A DNA stretch of 64,000 nucleotides from Eledone cirrhosa (GCA_964016885.1 OZ024740.1:186806001-186870000); one strand, 5' to 3'; positions 24,820 through 37,838 are shown, counted from the first letter of the stretch. Translations and numbers: made by a program. The notes: generated from the sequence alone by a model not told the origin.

Positions 24820-27800
24820 GACGAGAATGCGAGCACTCCTCTTTGTTTCGTCCGCGGATGGCTAACATACGGTGACAGTAATATCTGCGTACGCACCCCA
24901 ATCTGGACTGCCCGGCACTATAAAAGACAGATTCTTTGAGACACTGATGCTAACTACCTCCCAAATATCCGACAGTGACTATATAATTATTGCAGGCGAC
25001 CTAAATGGTCACGTTGGACAACATTGTGACGGCTATAACGAAATACATGGAGGCTATGGGTTTGGTACTAGAAATGAGGAAGGCTCCAGAATCCTGGAAT
25101 TCTGTGATGCAAATAACCTAACTATCTGTAACACTAACTTCAAAAAACGTGACAATCACCTGATCACCTATAGATCCGGGTAACACACAAGCCAGGTAGA
25201 TTATATCCTTACCAGAAGACGTGACAGAGTGTCTGTTGTAAACACTAAATCCCTCCCCCATGAAGAATGCACCTCCCAACATAGACTGATAATTAGCGAC
25301 CTCATAGTCAGGACGAGACGTACTCGACAGCAGAAGAGGACTATCCTCAGGAGAAAAATATGGAAGCTAAAGGACCCCACAGCCAGAAATAAATTTCAAA
25401 GCATATTACTTGATGCTTTCGACAGTAAGGAAGAACATTTAGAGTCGGACAATATAGAGGGACAGTGGGAATTTCTGAAAGCAAACCTGCTGTTGGCGAC
25501 AGACGAAGTCTGTGGCTGGAGCAGGCCTGTAGGCAGGAGGAGACTAACATGGTGGTGGAACAGTAAGGTGGAGGGGTCAATTAAGGCCAAAAAGCAGGCT
25601 TGGAAAGTATGGCGGGATGGGGGAAGTAGAGAAGACTATCAAGTGGCCAGGAGGGAAGCTAGGAGAGAAGTGTACTTAGCAAGAAGGGAAGCTGAGGAAA
25701 GAAAGTTCAAGCATGTTCTACAACGTGATGACCAAAAACGTGAGGTGTTCAGGATTGCTAGGCAATGCGTCAAGGAAAACCGTGATATTGTCGGGGAGAA
25801 GTGTGTACTTAACGATGATGGCATACTTGCCATCACCGACGCTGATAAGAAGGTAGCTTGGAAGTGTCACTATGAAAGGCTACTAAATGAGGAGAATAAA
25901 TGGGAGAAAGACAGTCTCCCCCATATCGACCCAATAGAGGGACCAGCAGTGTTAGTCGAGGGGAGTATAATAAGTAAGGCAATCAAGGATATGAAGACGG
26001 GTAAGGCGGCTGGGCCTTCGGAAATAGTTGCTGAGATGCTGAAGGCATCTGGCACAGTGGGACACACCATGGTCACCCGCATAGTTAACCAAGTCGTATA
26101 GAATGGGATTGTTCCGAAGGACTGGCATAGCAGCATCATCGTTAACTGTTATAAGGGTAAAGGAGACGCCCTAGATAGGAGTAACTATAGAGGCATTAAA
26201 TTAATCGACCAGGTCATGAAGGTCACGGAAAAAGTAATAGTGCAACTAATCAGAGAGAGAATTGACCTAGATGAAATGCAGTTCGGGTTTGTGTCAGGCA
26301 AAAGTACCACAGATGCTCTTTTCATAGTACGACAACTACAGGAGAAGTACCTAGCTAAAGGTAAACCCCTCTACTTAGCTTTTGTCGACTTGGAGAAAGC
26401 CTTCGACAGAGTCCCCCGCTCCATTATCTGGTGGGCTCTTAGAAAACTAGGCGTTGACGAATAGCTTGTGAGTGCTATACAAGCCATGTATAAAGAAACA
26501 GTCAGCAAGGTTGGAATTAACAATGAATATAGTGAAGAGTTTAGCGTAAAAGTTGGCGTCCATCAGGGCTCTGCTCTCAGCCCCCTACTATTTATTATTG
26601 CCCTTCAGGCTATAACAGATGAGTTCAAGACCGGCTGCCCATGGGATCTCCTATACGCAGATGATCTAACGCTCATAGCTGAATCAATGCCTGAACTAGA
26701 GAAGAAATTCCAAACATGGAAGCATGGTCTAGAATCAAAAGGACTTAAAATTAACCTGGCTAAGACCAAAGTTCTAGTTTGTAGGAAAGAAAACAAGGCG
26801 GCGGTCCCTTCTGGGAAATGGTCGTGCTCGGTGTGTAGGAAAGGCGTAGGTAGAAACTCCATTTTATGTCCTAAATGCAAAGTATGGGTGCATAAAAGAT
26901 GTAGTGGGATCACAGGTAAGCTAACTAAGAACATAGATTTTACATGTGGCCGGTGTTCTGGTGCAATAAGTAGCAGCAAGTGCCCACAAAATACTAGCTC
27001 TTTCAATTGCGCAGAGGGTTCTATAGAAATAGTGGACAGCTTCCGTTACCTGGGCGATAAAATCCGCAGTGGGGGAGGGTGCTCTGAAAGTACAGTAGCT
27101 AGAGTCAGAACTGGTTGGAAAAAGTTCAGAGAGCTTATACCACTATTAGCTGCTAAAGGGTTCTCCCTAAAAATGAAAGGCAGGTTGTACGATGCCTGCA
27201 TACGAACAGCAATGTTGCATGGCAGTGAGACCTGGGCATTGTGTGCAGAGGATATACGCAGACTAGAGAGGAATGAAGCTTGCATGCTCTGCTGGATGTG
27301 TAACAGTAATATACGTGAACGGCAAAACATAAACGAACTAAGGAAAAAATTAGAGATAAGAGGGATCAGATGTTGTTTACTCGAGAGAAGGCTACGTTGG
27401 TATGGACACGTGATGCGCATGAAAGTCGATAGCTGTATAACAAAGTGCAGGGCAATAAAGATAGACGGTAGCCACGGAATAGGCAGACCTAGAAAAACCT
27501 GGGACGAGCTGTTAAACTCCGACCTCACACACTTACACCTCTCCAAGACAATGTCACTGGACCGAGACCTTTGGCGGTACTCAGTAACAGAGAAGACCCG
27601 CCTTACCTAAATATATAGTAAAACCTACTCCAGCCAGTAGGTATCTCTTACAAAATACACCCCATCCCACCACCCCACCCCCACCCCATCCACACCACCC
27701 CGTTCTATGTAAAGTTATGTTGGTGCCGCGCCATCCAGGCCGAAACAAATGAGATCGTGTAGGTGTCACGACAAAAAACACACAGTCCACGCTGCAATGT

Positions 27801-28007
27801 GGCCGTGTAGGCAACACGGTAAAAACCTCCCAGACCCACACTGTAAATGTGGTTGGTGTTAGGAAGGGCATCCAACTGTAGAAAACCTGCCAGACAGTCC
27901 TATGCGAGCAAGACAATCACTCTTGCCTCAAGTGGGACTACCCCCGTCCAAACCCATGCAAGCGTGGAACACGGACGTTAAACGTTGATGATGATGATGA
28001 TGATGAT
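24817..28007 (+). mobile_element. Near full-length RTE family 1 LINE (partial APE, RT, Cys-rich insert); three in-frame stops
   Basis: VISAYAPQ, GDLNGHVG, WWWN, KAAGPS, FVDLEKAFD, GVHQGSALSPLLF, LYADDL in one frame broken by stops at about 25181, 26099 and 26462; (GAT)n tail; 5' end abuts (TA)n. Confidence 0.95.
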
Positions 28008-28087
28008 AGTTAAAAGAATAGAGGTGTAACACACAAGTTATTATATATTGGTAAACGGAATAGAAAATGCTGACAAATTGTTCACAG

Positions 28088-28401
28088 TTGAAAAATGGTT
28101 TAATTAGGAATAAAAGAGTATTAGTGATTGTATGGGTTAGTATTCAGTTGTGGTTTTAAGTTTTTTAAGTTTTTACCGGTTGCGCATTTCTAAATGCTTT
28201 TCAAAAATAATTTTGAGATAGAGTGTCCATGCTGTTTGCTCTGATCAGAGCAAACAGCACGGACACTCTATCTCAAAATTATTTTTGAAAAGCATTTAGA
28301 AATGCGCAACCGGTAAAAACTTAAAAAACTTAAAACCACAACTGAATACTAACCCATACAATCACTAATACTCTTTTATTCCTAATTAAACCATTTTTCA
28401 A
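28088..28401. repeat. Spacerless palindrome with 157-bp arms
   Basis: Centre ctga|tcag at 28244/28245; only one mismatch seen (ccatgc versus gcacgg). Confidence 0.9.
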
Positions 28402-28713
28402 TGGCCTTGCAATCGAAAGGTTGTGAGTTCAATTCTCAGAACGGGTGATGTGTTGTTTCCTTGAGCAAGACACTTTATTTCACATTGCTCCAGTTTACTC
28501 AGCTGTAGAAATGAGAGGATAGAGACTGGTGTCCCTATCATTCCACTGTAATGTGGACGTATAGGTGCCACGGAAAAAAAGCACCCAGCACTCACTGTAA
28601 ATGAGGTTGGTGTTAGGAAGGGCATCCGGCTGTAGAAATCAACCCAGAATCAGTTCCCGTCCCACCCTTGCAAGCAGGGAAAAGCGGACGTAAAATGATG
28701 ATGATGATGATGA
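28402..28713 (+). mobile_element. SINE family A, 5'-truncated
   Basis: Reverse-complement match to 502-820. Confidence 0.88.
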
Positions 28714-28904
28714 TATATATATATATATATATATTAGTAAAAAGGAAAAGAAAATGCTGACATATTTTTTCCAGTGAAAAATAGTTTAATTAGGAATAAG
28801 TATAAATTAGTAACAAGTAATGGTTAGTATTCAGTGTTAGATTTAAGTTTTTTACCAGTTGCGCATTTCAAATGCTTTTCAAAAATAATTTTGTGATAGA
28901 GCGT

Positions 28905-29752
28905 TCGCGATTTGGTTGGTTGTTGAATGTCACTGAATAAGCACTCTAATTTTGATTGGTTGGTAGAAGTCACGTGAATGTTCAATAATAAAAGAAGTGA
29001 AATGATGTATAGTATTGTCATAACACCAAGGTGTGTGTGAGTGTTTCCAGATTGTACGTACCGCAAGGGAATCCATTAGGCCCTGCCGTATGGGTTACTT
29101 GAGGATAGAAATGTATGTAGGATGTATGTTGATGTAGGTATGTATGTGGACGTGTGTATGTTGTGGTTTCGTCTTAGGAAGAAGTGTTTTAACGGGGTCC
29201 ATATTTGTTAATAAAGTGAGATTCCTTGCTGATGCGCTGCGTGTGGGTGACATTATCTTTAAATTTGTAGAGGGGAAAGATTCTAAAGTTGGGATGATTT
29301 TGGGCGGCACAGGTATCAATGTGTCACTCAGCGGTATTTTTCTGTATTCCCGTATTTTGATTTGGGATATATGGATAGTCATGCGTTGGCAAAAGCTGTT
29401 CTTAGTCTGGCCTATCTATTGTTCTCGTCAACCTGAGCAAGTTAATACATATATCAGGTTTTCTGATGCGCATGTGAAATTGTGCTTTACTATTAAACGT
29501 TGTCTCCGTTTGAAATAGAATTCCGAACCCTCTATTAGGTTGATGCATATACCACAGTTGGGTCTATCGCATTTTTTTACTGTGGGTTTCGTTGTTGTCG
29601 TTGGCAGTACTTTGGCATGTGTTAGGATGTTTTTCATTGACTTAGATTGTCTTTTGCTCTTTATGATATCGTATGTTCGAATGATTTGGTTCATTCTATG
29701 GTCCCTCTGTAACACAAGAATGTTCTGGAAAATGGTGTCAAAGGCCTCATTG
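28905..29752 (-). mobile_element. Penelope-like element 3' fragment (Neptune-type Cys-rich linker plus GIY-YIG), disabled
   Basis: KKCDRPNCGIC...HNFTCASENLIYVLTCSG*REQ*IGQTKNSFCQRMTIHISQI. Confidence 0.8.
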
Positions 29753-30431
29753 TTATATATATATATATATATAAGAAAGTAAGTCCATAGAATCATTTGA
29801 TAAAATATATACAGTATTTCTTCTCCCAATCACCATAATCAACCACATAAAAAATCAATTAAACGAGGTTATAAGTTTAAAATTTACCTATAAAGAAACA
29901 ATAGATAAATAAATAATAGCTATTTTATACGCGATCCACAGCCACAGAAGATTTACCTAGTCTTTCTAATAGCCGGTAGAAATTAACTAGACATATAGCT
30001 AACCATACACAATTAGGTACAAAATCAAAGTTAGAAGAAAAAATGTACATAAACATACCAAAATTATGTTTCTAGCCCCGGAGGTTTCATTTGCTTTTTG
30101 GAAATATCCGATCATGGATAAATATATATATATATATATCTATGGCTTTGTTTAGTTTATGTATATGTAAACCTCTATATTTTATATATATATGTATATA
30201 TATATATATATATATGAAAAAGTATGACCCCGACGGCAGAGCTCAAGCCATTTTGATGGCTATTTCTGGACCAGAAATAGCCGTCGAAACGGCTTGAGCT
30301 CTGCCGTTGGGGTCATACTTTTTCCTATTACCCACTCTACTACACTAAGTATTGAGTACTCTGGTGCATTATGGTCCATCTGGTTCTTTACCACAATTCC
30401 TTTGTTATATATATATATATATATATATATA

Positions 30432-30912
30432 CCTCTCCAAGACAATGTCACTGGATTGAGATATTTGGCACCATGCAGTAATACAGCAGACCCACCTTCC
30501 CTGCGTACAAAGTTTACCTACATTCAGTCGGGACCTCTTAACCCAATAATCACCCCAACCCAATAACCCTACTCCATCCTCTCACTCCCACCAACACCAC
30601 CCATTATCTGTAAATTTATGTTGGTACCACAACATCCAGTCCAAACTAATAAGGTCGTGTATGTGTCACAACAAAAAAAACACCCAGTCCACGCTGTAGC
30701 AGCTATGGTAAAAAGGCTCCTAGTCCACACTGTAAATGTGCTTGGTGTTAGGCAGGGCATCCAGCCATAGGAAACCTGCCAGATACAGTCCTAAATGTGT
30801 GAGACACGGTCACCCAATCAATCTTGCTTCAAGTGGGACAATTCCCATCTAACCCATGCTAGCATGGAAGATATACATTAAACGATGATGATGGTGATGA
30901 TGATGAGGATGA
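30432..30912 (+). mobile_element. Degenerate RTE family 1 3' end
   Basis: acctctccaagacaatgtcactgg and ggtgttaggcagggcatcc match 27537-27990. Confidence 0.8.
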
Positions 30913-30914
30913 TA

Positions 30915-31150
30915 TGTGTGGAGATTGCTGGTGTAGTCGATCTCCAAATGCAGGACTTGATGAAGTAACTCTTTAGTTGCATTGACCCTTGCACAGTGAC
31001 ACCAGTGCTACCATGGGCTATCCACCAATGTGGGGGATGAAACTTCTGCATAACACCACACAATCTTAGGTCAGTTGGATTTCATGACCCTGTCCACCTC
31101 AACACATCAGAAGAACATGGAACTCAACATTTCTATCCACCTCAATGTTT
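30915..31150 (-). mobile_element. Highly degenerate RTE-like relic (a related fragment may lie at 1-340 on +)
   Basis: LRWTG-like and QLKSYF-like remnants; cctgcatttggagat resembles cctgcattcggagat at 107-121. Confidence 0.35.
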
Positions 31151-32100
31151 CAGGTACACTATTCATCTTCTCTTTTGAGACAGATGTTGTAATGTGCTTT
31201 CTCAGATGCCTCTGATAATGCTCTTAAAAGATATTTCCTTTTCTTTGCCACCAGGCAAAGGCCCTGAGGAGCGAGTCAACCCTGGTTCTTAAAATCATCT
31301 GACTTTTGGAAAAGGATATATGTACATGGGAAAATCAATTATAACCCAAATTATTCAGAATATATAGTTTGTGTAAGGATGAAATTGAGAAATACATCCA
31401 ACTTATATTGTCTATAATAACTTTTTTTTTTCCCATCTGAATCATGTCTGAAAAATCTAATCACACCTTTTCTGCTACCTTGTTTTCTTCTCAAAGCAAT
31501 TTCTTTACATCTCACTTGACCATAACACCTGCCTTTTCCCTTTTTACAGACAACAATGCTGCTGTCTTTATTTCAACAGCTGTGCTTATTTAACTTTGCT
31601 GATCTCAGTTTATACTTCTAGTTTTAAGTTATATTTCTTAAATAGAGTTCATCCCCTCTAGAATTGGAAACTCTAAATTATTGCATCACCTGATGCCTGA
31701 AAAGATTGGCATTTATAGTGCAGACTGCAGCAGCATCCTAATAGCTTTGTATTCGAGACTATCTCTCAATACGGTGCAAGCTGTGTGTAATTTAGTTAGT
31801 TGCAAAACTGAACAAAAAGAGAAGAAAATAAAAGAGAAAGGGGAACTATAAGAATCAAAGTACAAGCTAGGAAAGTATACTATATATCCTTATAGTAAAT
31901 CCAATATATCTAGCAGAAGACAAGAGCAAAATATATCAAATCTTCTCCATATATGAATAAATAAATCTATAAATAAACATGAAAATTAATGAAAACATTC
32001 TGTAATTCTGTAAATATATGGTTTATATATATTTATTCCATATACTTAGAAAATATATATATTATATATTATATATATATATATTATATTATATATATAT

Positions 32101-32565
32101 ATGATGCCTGTGTAAGGAGCGCGATGCTGCATGGTAGTGAGACATGGGCAGCAACTGCAGAGGATATGCGACAGCTGGAGAGGAATGAGGCAAGCATGCT
32201 CCGTTGGATGTGCAGTGTAAATGTGCATGAACGACCCAGCATAAATATGTTGAGAGAGAAACTGTGTCTGAGAAGGATAGAATGTAGTGTACGGGAGAGG
32301 AGACTGAGGTGGTATGGACATGTGATGCACATGGAGGATGACCGATGGGTGAAGAAGTGCCAGGAAATGCCAGTTGAAGGAAGACGTGGTAGAGGTAGAC
32401 ACGAAAAACATGGGCGGAGGTGGTGAGAACAGACCCCAGATCATTGAAGCTCACGGTGGAGATGATGAAGGACCGTGACAAGTGGATAGATGCTGTGCTG
32501 AATAAGACCCGTCCCATCCTTGCAAGCAGGGAAAAGCGGATGTAAAATGATGATGATGATGATGA
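32101..32565 (+). mobile_element. 5'-truncated RTE family 2; 3' tail shared with SINE family A
   Basis: YDACVRSAMLHGSETW...RRLRWYGHV; ends cccgtcccatccttgcaagcagggaaaagcggatgtaaaatgatgatg. Confidence 0.88.
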
Positions 32566-32577
32566 TATATATATATC

Positions 32578-32610
<33 letters not shown>

Positions 32611-33130
32611 TTGTGTGTGTGTGTATGTGTGTATGTGTGTGTATATATATATATATGTATATATGTGTGTATATATATATATACATATATATATGTATAT
32701 ATATACATATATATATATATGTGTTTATATATATATATATAGGAACGAGTAGGACCACGACAGCTGAGCTCAAGCCGTTTCGACGGCTAATTCTGGACTA
32801 GTCCAAAATTAGCCGTTGAAACGGCTTGAGCTCAGCCGTCGGGGTCCTACTCGTTTCTATTACCCACTCTACTACCCTAAGTATTGAGTACTTTGGTGCG
32901 TAATGGTCCACCTGGTTCCTTACCACATTTCCTTTGTTATATATATATATATATATGTGTGTAGGAGGTGAGTTTTATTGTAGTACAATAAAGCAATGCA
33001 GATATCGGATAAGTAGCACTCTACAATTTGTAGGACTGGAGTATAAATAATAATATATAAGATCAAAGGATGGTTAAAAGAGTTCCATGTATTTTATTAT
33101 GCGCATTTCAAAAACAAATATCATCATGCA

Positions 33131-33192
33131 ATATCTGATGAAAACGCAAATGTTATCGCATGATGATATTTGTTTTTGAAATGCGCATAATA
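33131..33192 (+). ncRNA. Minimal type I hammerhead ribozyme inside a fold-back element (33050-33235)
   Basis: tat CTGATGA, long stem II (aaacgcaaatgttatc/gatgatatttgttttt), GAAAT gcgc ATA ata; stem I short because of the adjacent inversion. Confidence 0.65.
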
Positions 33193-33227
33193 AAATACAT
33201 GGAACTCTTTTAACCATCTTTTGATCT

Positions 33228-33257
<30 letters not shown>

Positions 33258-33260
<3 letters not shown>

Positions 33261-36200
33261 AATTAATAAAAATAATGAATAAAAACAAAAAAACAGTTCC
33301 TTATATTAAAAAATTCATCATTTTACGATCGTTTCTAGGATATATATGTTTGTGTTGGTATGTATATCATATAGATCTATGTAAATTTTTTACAAACTAT
33401 CAGAGGGAATATACATACCTACACATATATATGCTGTCTTCAGAAATAATTGTTTCTACTTTTGGCACAAGGCCAGCAATTCAGAAATAATGATATTTGT
33501 TTATTGAATAAAACCAACAAAGATTTAATATAATAGGTCTGTTTGGGAACAGGTTTTGAATTGACCAATAGAAAGGTAGTAAATGGTCAAGATGGTAAAA
33601 TAGTAGTAATAGAACTTTAATTTAGGGGTAGAGGAAGGCAGATTTCAGTTTTGCATGGACAGAGTATGATGAATGAAAAGATTATTTTAGGGATGAAAAT
33701 AGGTCAAGTCGGTAAAAGGTACACGAAAAATTGATGTTATAAAAGAATAATGCCAATGTAAATATCTAAGGAGAATAACATTTTACAGTAAATGTGTTAG
33801 TGAAAAATATCAATCTTATTTAAAATATAGGGAATTTACATCTATAAAAAGAAAATAAATAAATTAAATTGATAGGTATATTTATATTGATAAATTTATA
33901 TTAATGCATATAGATATGATAAATAACAGTTAGATGTAATTGAAGAGTGCTGTTAAAAACGAAGGGAAAATAAAAAATAATAATTATTATTATTGGGGGG
34001 GGGGTTACATTTATTAGTGAGAAATAACAAATTTATATAGATTATAAGGAACATAGAATCATAACCTGAGATCAAAATAGTTTATATGTATACTTAATGG
34101 TATACATTTTAGGAAAAGATAGCTGTAAAAGGGAAATAAAATTATGTAGTTCATTAGTAGTAGAATATTAATTATAGGTTAACTAATTAAAAAAAAGTGT
34201 TATTATAATAATTTCTAAAGTGTATATTAATTAGGTTTATAATATTTAAAAGTTCTGCTCAGTTTATGATTACATGATATACTTAATTCCTGTTGTTTAT
34301 TTAATAGGATATCCTTAGATTTCATTATTTCAAAAAGTTCCTGGGAACTTAATCTACATTCATATCTATTATTTTGATAAGGGGTGGCCCTTTTGAGCAC
34401 ACTCCCGGTCAGGTCATAATCTATATTCCTCTTTCTATAATTATTAATTATTTCAGCTAAAGATGTTGTATTAGCTAATGCTGCATTTTTAAAACTGTGT
34501 TTGTGGGTATTAAATCTTACTTTAAATTGTTTAGAAGTAGCTTCTATATATGAATAAATTGAGTCCTTAGTGTTAACTTTATATACTATGTTATTAATAA
34601 GGAAATTTCCTTTTAATGGGCAATTTGCTTTGTTTCTACAGTTACAACCTTTCGTGAATGCTGTATCAGAGGAGATAGTCAAATTAGGTGTGGAATTTTC
34701 ACGACTTGTTGTATGTGAATGAGATGGTGGTTTGCTGTGGTTTATTTTAGTATTATGGTTAGTTTGATGTATTGGTGGTATATTCATGTTTTTTTTACAT
34801 TTATATGCATTATAGGCACTTATATTTTGATTGTATGTTTTTGGTTGTTGAGTAGGAGAATTTAACCGTTGATCTATTTAAAATTTGATGGTATTTGTGG
34901 TTTGGCGGGAAGTTTTTCTCTAGGATAGTAAACATTTTTTTAGGTATATTATCTTAAATTTGTAGATTAAATGGAGCATTATACCAAGTAACTAGTCTAT
35001 TACGGTTTCAATGTTGTTTATTATTTTCATAGGATGTATCCTGATGTTTATTAAGAGAATTATTGTTAATGATTTTATTACACATATTTTTAGTTAGATT
35101 CATTGATTTAGGTGTTTTAGCCTGTTTATTAGGAATTTTATTATTAACATATATTGGAGTATTAGGATGAATAGTTTTTTGAAAGTTACTATATTGTATA
35201 TTAGAAGAGTTAGAGAAATTAAGTTTTATGTTGGTATTTTTGGGTATAGTGTGAGTGGCATTTAGGTGTGTATATTTCATTTGGTGTTTGTTGGTAATAT
35301 TGGGTTGTATGTTTGTAGTGTTATTGTTACAAGGTATATAATTTGTTTTTGTGGCCACTTCTAGCTAAAGCTTCGTTATAAAAGGTCGCATTTTTATCAA
35401 ATACATCCTGGTTAGACGAAAGGTTAGACATTCTGAGTGAGATATTATATGCTAGGTTTTTAAGGATAAATTTAGGGTGATTAGATTGTGAGTGTATGTA
35501 ATGTAAGTTTTGGTTAGGTTTATGGTAAGGTTGGTAGATACCCGTAGATAAGTCTAATGTTATATCAAGGAAAGTAACTACTTTACTTGTGTTTTCAAAT
35601 GTAATATCTAGACTATAATAGTCTTTGAGGAAAGTTCTAATAAGTTTTTTATTTTTTTCAATTTCTGATAGACTAAGGTTATTGGAAAGAAGAAGACAGT
35701 TGTCACGATATAAACCACCTTTAAGGTGGGGAAAAGAAGCATTTATGTTAAATAGAAGAAAGAGGCCCACAAGATCGGTAATTTGGGCAGAATCACTTGA
35801 GCCCATAGTAATGTCGAATAGATTACTATATGTGTTTCTGGTCCAGTATTCTTTTTGAAATTCCAGTAGTGTTTTTGTCTAGCATGTGTGATAATATTAA
35901 TGTCATCCATAGTTAAGTTTGATCTATTTTTGGTAAATATCAAGGCTTTGTTCAGGAGTATAGGTGATATAGAGGAATAATAATTATCTATATCGAATTG
36001 TAGAAATGAAGCTGAAGATTTATTTCTAATATTAGTAAACCAGTTAATTACCTGGGATGTGTTTTCCCAGAGTGGTAAATTAACATGTTTTCTTAATTGT
36101 GGGATGACTCTATCTAAAATGTTTTTACTAATGATGCCAATATCAGATTTGGAAGGGCATATAAGCCTTATAGAAGGATTAGAGTTAAAGTTAGATTTGT

Positions 36201-36768
36201 GATCTTTCAGGTTGAAATATTAAGTCTATTTACTATGTTGTGTGTTTTGTTGTTGATGTTGGTAAGTGCCGCATTGTTTGTTTTTTTATAATTTTTCCTG
36301 ATTTCTTTATATATGAACTCATTGTAATTATCAATATCCATGTGATACAGATTTCCATTTTTGTCAGAGTGGACATGGATTTTGTTAGATTTTTTTAGAT
36401 CCAATAGAGTAGAATCAAGATCCTTTTGAAAATTAGATTTATACTTCTTAAATTTGAGGTGTTTGATTAAGTTAAAAAGGTCTTTCTCAAAGTTTTCAAG
36501 TAAGGAGTTGTGTGGTGGGTTTTTATATGTAGTGAAATCATATAAATATTTCTTATCAGTACATTTTGTTTTTTTATCGAAGTGGCAGGCCGTCCATCTG
36601 ACCCTTTTGATGAATTGGTTGTTTTTTTTTGTATCATAAGAAGTAAGAATTCATCCATAGAAGGTATTGGTATATTCTTTAAAGAAGTTCCCAAGTATTG
36701 TTTTTCCATTGTGATATGGATAATGGACAAGAAAAAGAGCTCAACTATATATATAGGGAGTTATAAAG

Positions 36769-36770
<2 letters not shown>
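33258..36770 (-). mobile_element. Near full-length disabled Penelope-like element (possibly Nematis-type): RT plus GIY-YIG
   Basis: SLKNIPIP N-terminus (36467-36730), QFDIDNYYSSI, MGSSDSAQITDLVG, GLYRDNCL, FLDITLDL, YIHSQSNHP (35327-35806), CNCRNKANCPL...IVY...YI...FKVRFNTHKHSF (34227-34787); many frameshifts. Confidence 0.88.
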
Positions 36771-36812
<42 letters not shown>

Positions 36813-36920
36813 AATGAATAATAACAGGTAGACATCATAAAAAGGTAATTTATTCCGTGTGCTTACAAGTGTTTCCACGGTGGTACTGCAGCCTAGTTCC
36901 ACATTGTACATTTACCATTC

Positions 36921-37032
36921 TGCTCTGAGGAAACAGTGGTCACAGCATTGGATATTCGAGTTCTGCAAGTACTTGTGAATTTGCACGTAGCGGAACTAGG
37001 CTGCAGTACCACCGTGGAAACACTTGTAAGCA
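36921..37032 (+). ncRNA. Type I hammerhead ribozyme with long stem II insertion, in fold-back element 36805-37230
   Basis: tgct CTGAGGA aacagtgg...ccaccgtg GAAAC actt GTA agca. Confidence 0.65.
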
Positions 37033-37227
37033 CACGGAATAAATTACCTTTTTATGATGTCTACCTGTTATTATTCATTCTTTATATACACTCCGGAATA
37101 CTGAAGGATCAGGAACTAAGTTTCTTGAACAATTCTTCCATAACTCGTAGAGTAACCTCTTACCGTACGTCAACCATATCCAGTGTAGTAATTAACCATT
37201 ACTACATCTTGGATAATCCTATACCTA

Positions 37228-37304
<77 letters not shown>

Positions 37305-37305
<1 letters not shown>

Positions 37306-37838
37306 AAAATAAGAATACCCTTATAAAATTAGGAGCAAAGTATGTAGATAAATCTACCAAAATGTACGGTAGTGTCCAATCCGTATGAAGAACTCAATGT
37401 AATCCGAATATCATGAAAAGAGAAGATGTATTCAAAAATTTTTTTCCGATGAAAGATACAGGAAAACAGAGTCAAGATAAATTAATAAAAATAATGAATA
37501 AAAACAAAGAAACAGTTCCTTATATTAAAAAATTCATCATTTTACGATCGTTTCTAGGATATATGTTTGTGTTGGTATGTATATCATATAGATCTATGTA
37601 AAATTTTTACAAATTATCAGAGGAAATATACATACCTACACATATATATGCTGTCTTCAGAAATAATGATATTTGTTTATTGAAAAAAATCAACAAAAAT
37701 TTAATATAATAGGTCTGTTTGGGAACAGGTTTTGAATTGACCAATAGAAAGGTAGTAAATGGTCACGATGGTAAAATAGTAGTAATAGAACTTTAATTTA
37801 GGGGTTTGGACACTACCGTACATTTTGGTAGATTTATC

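Noticed and set aside
28241-28290. ctgatcagag...ctcaaaa as a hammerhead
   Set aside because: Both core motifs deviate, all three copies read AAAA rather than GAAA, and ctgatcag is simply the palindrome centre
29940-30000. Hammerhead-like CAGAAGA...GAAAT...ATA (similar case at 39690-39730 on minus)
   Set aside because: The core U is substituted and stems are weak; at best decayed relics
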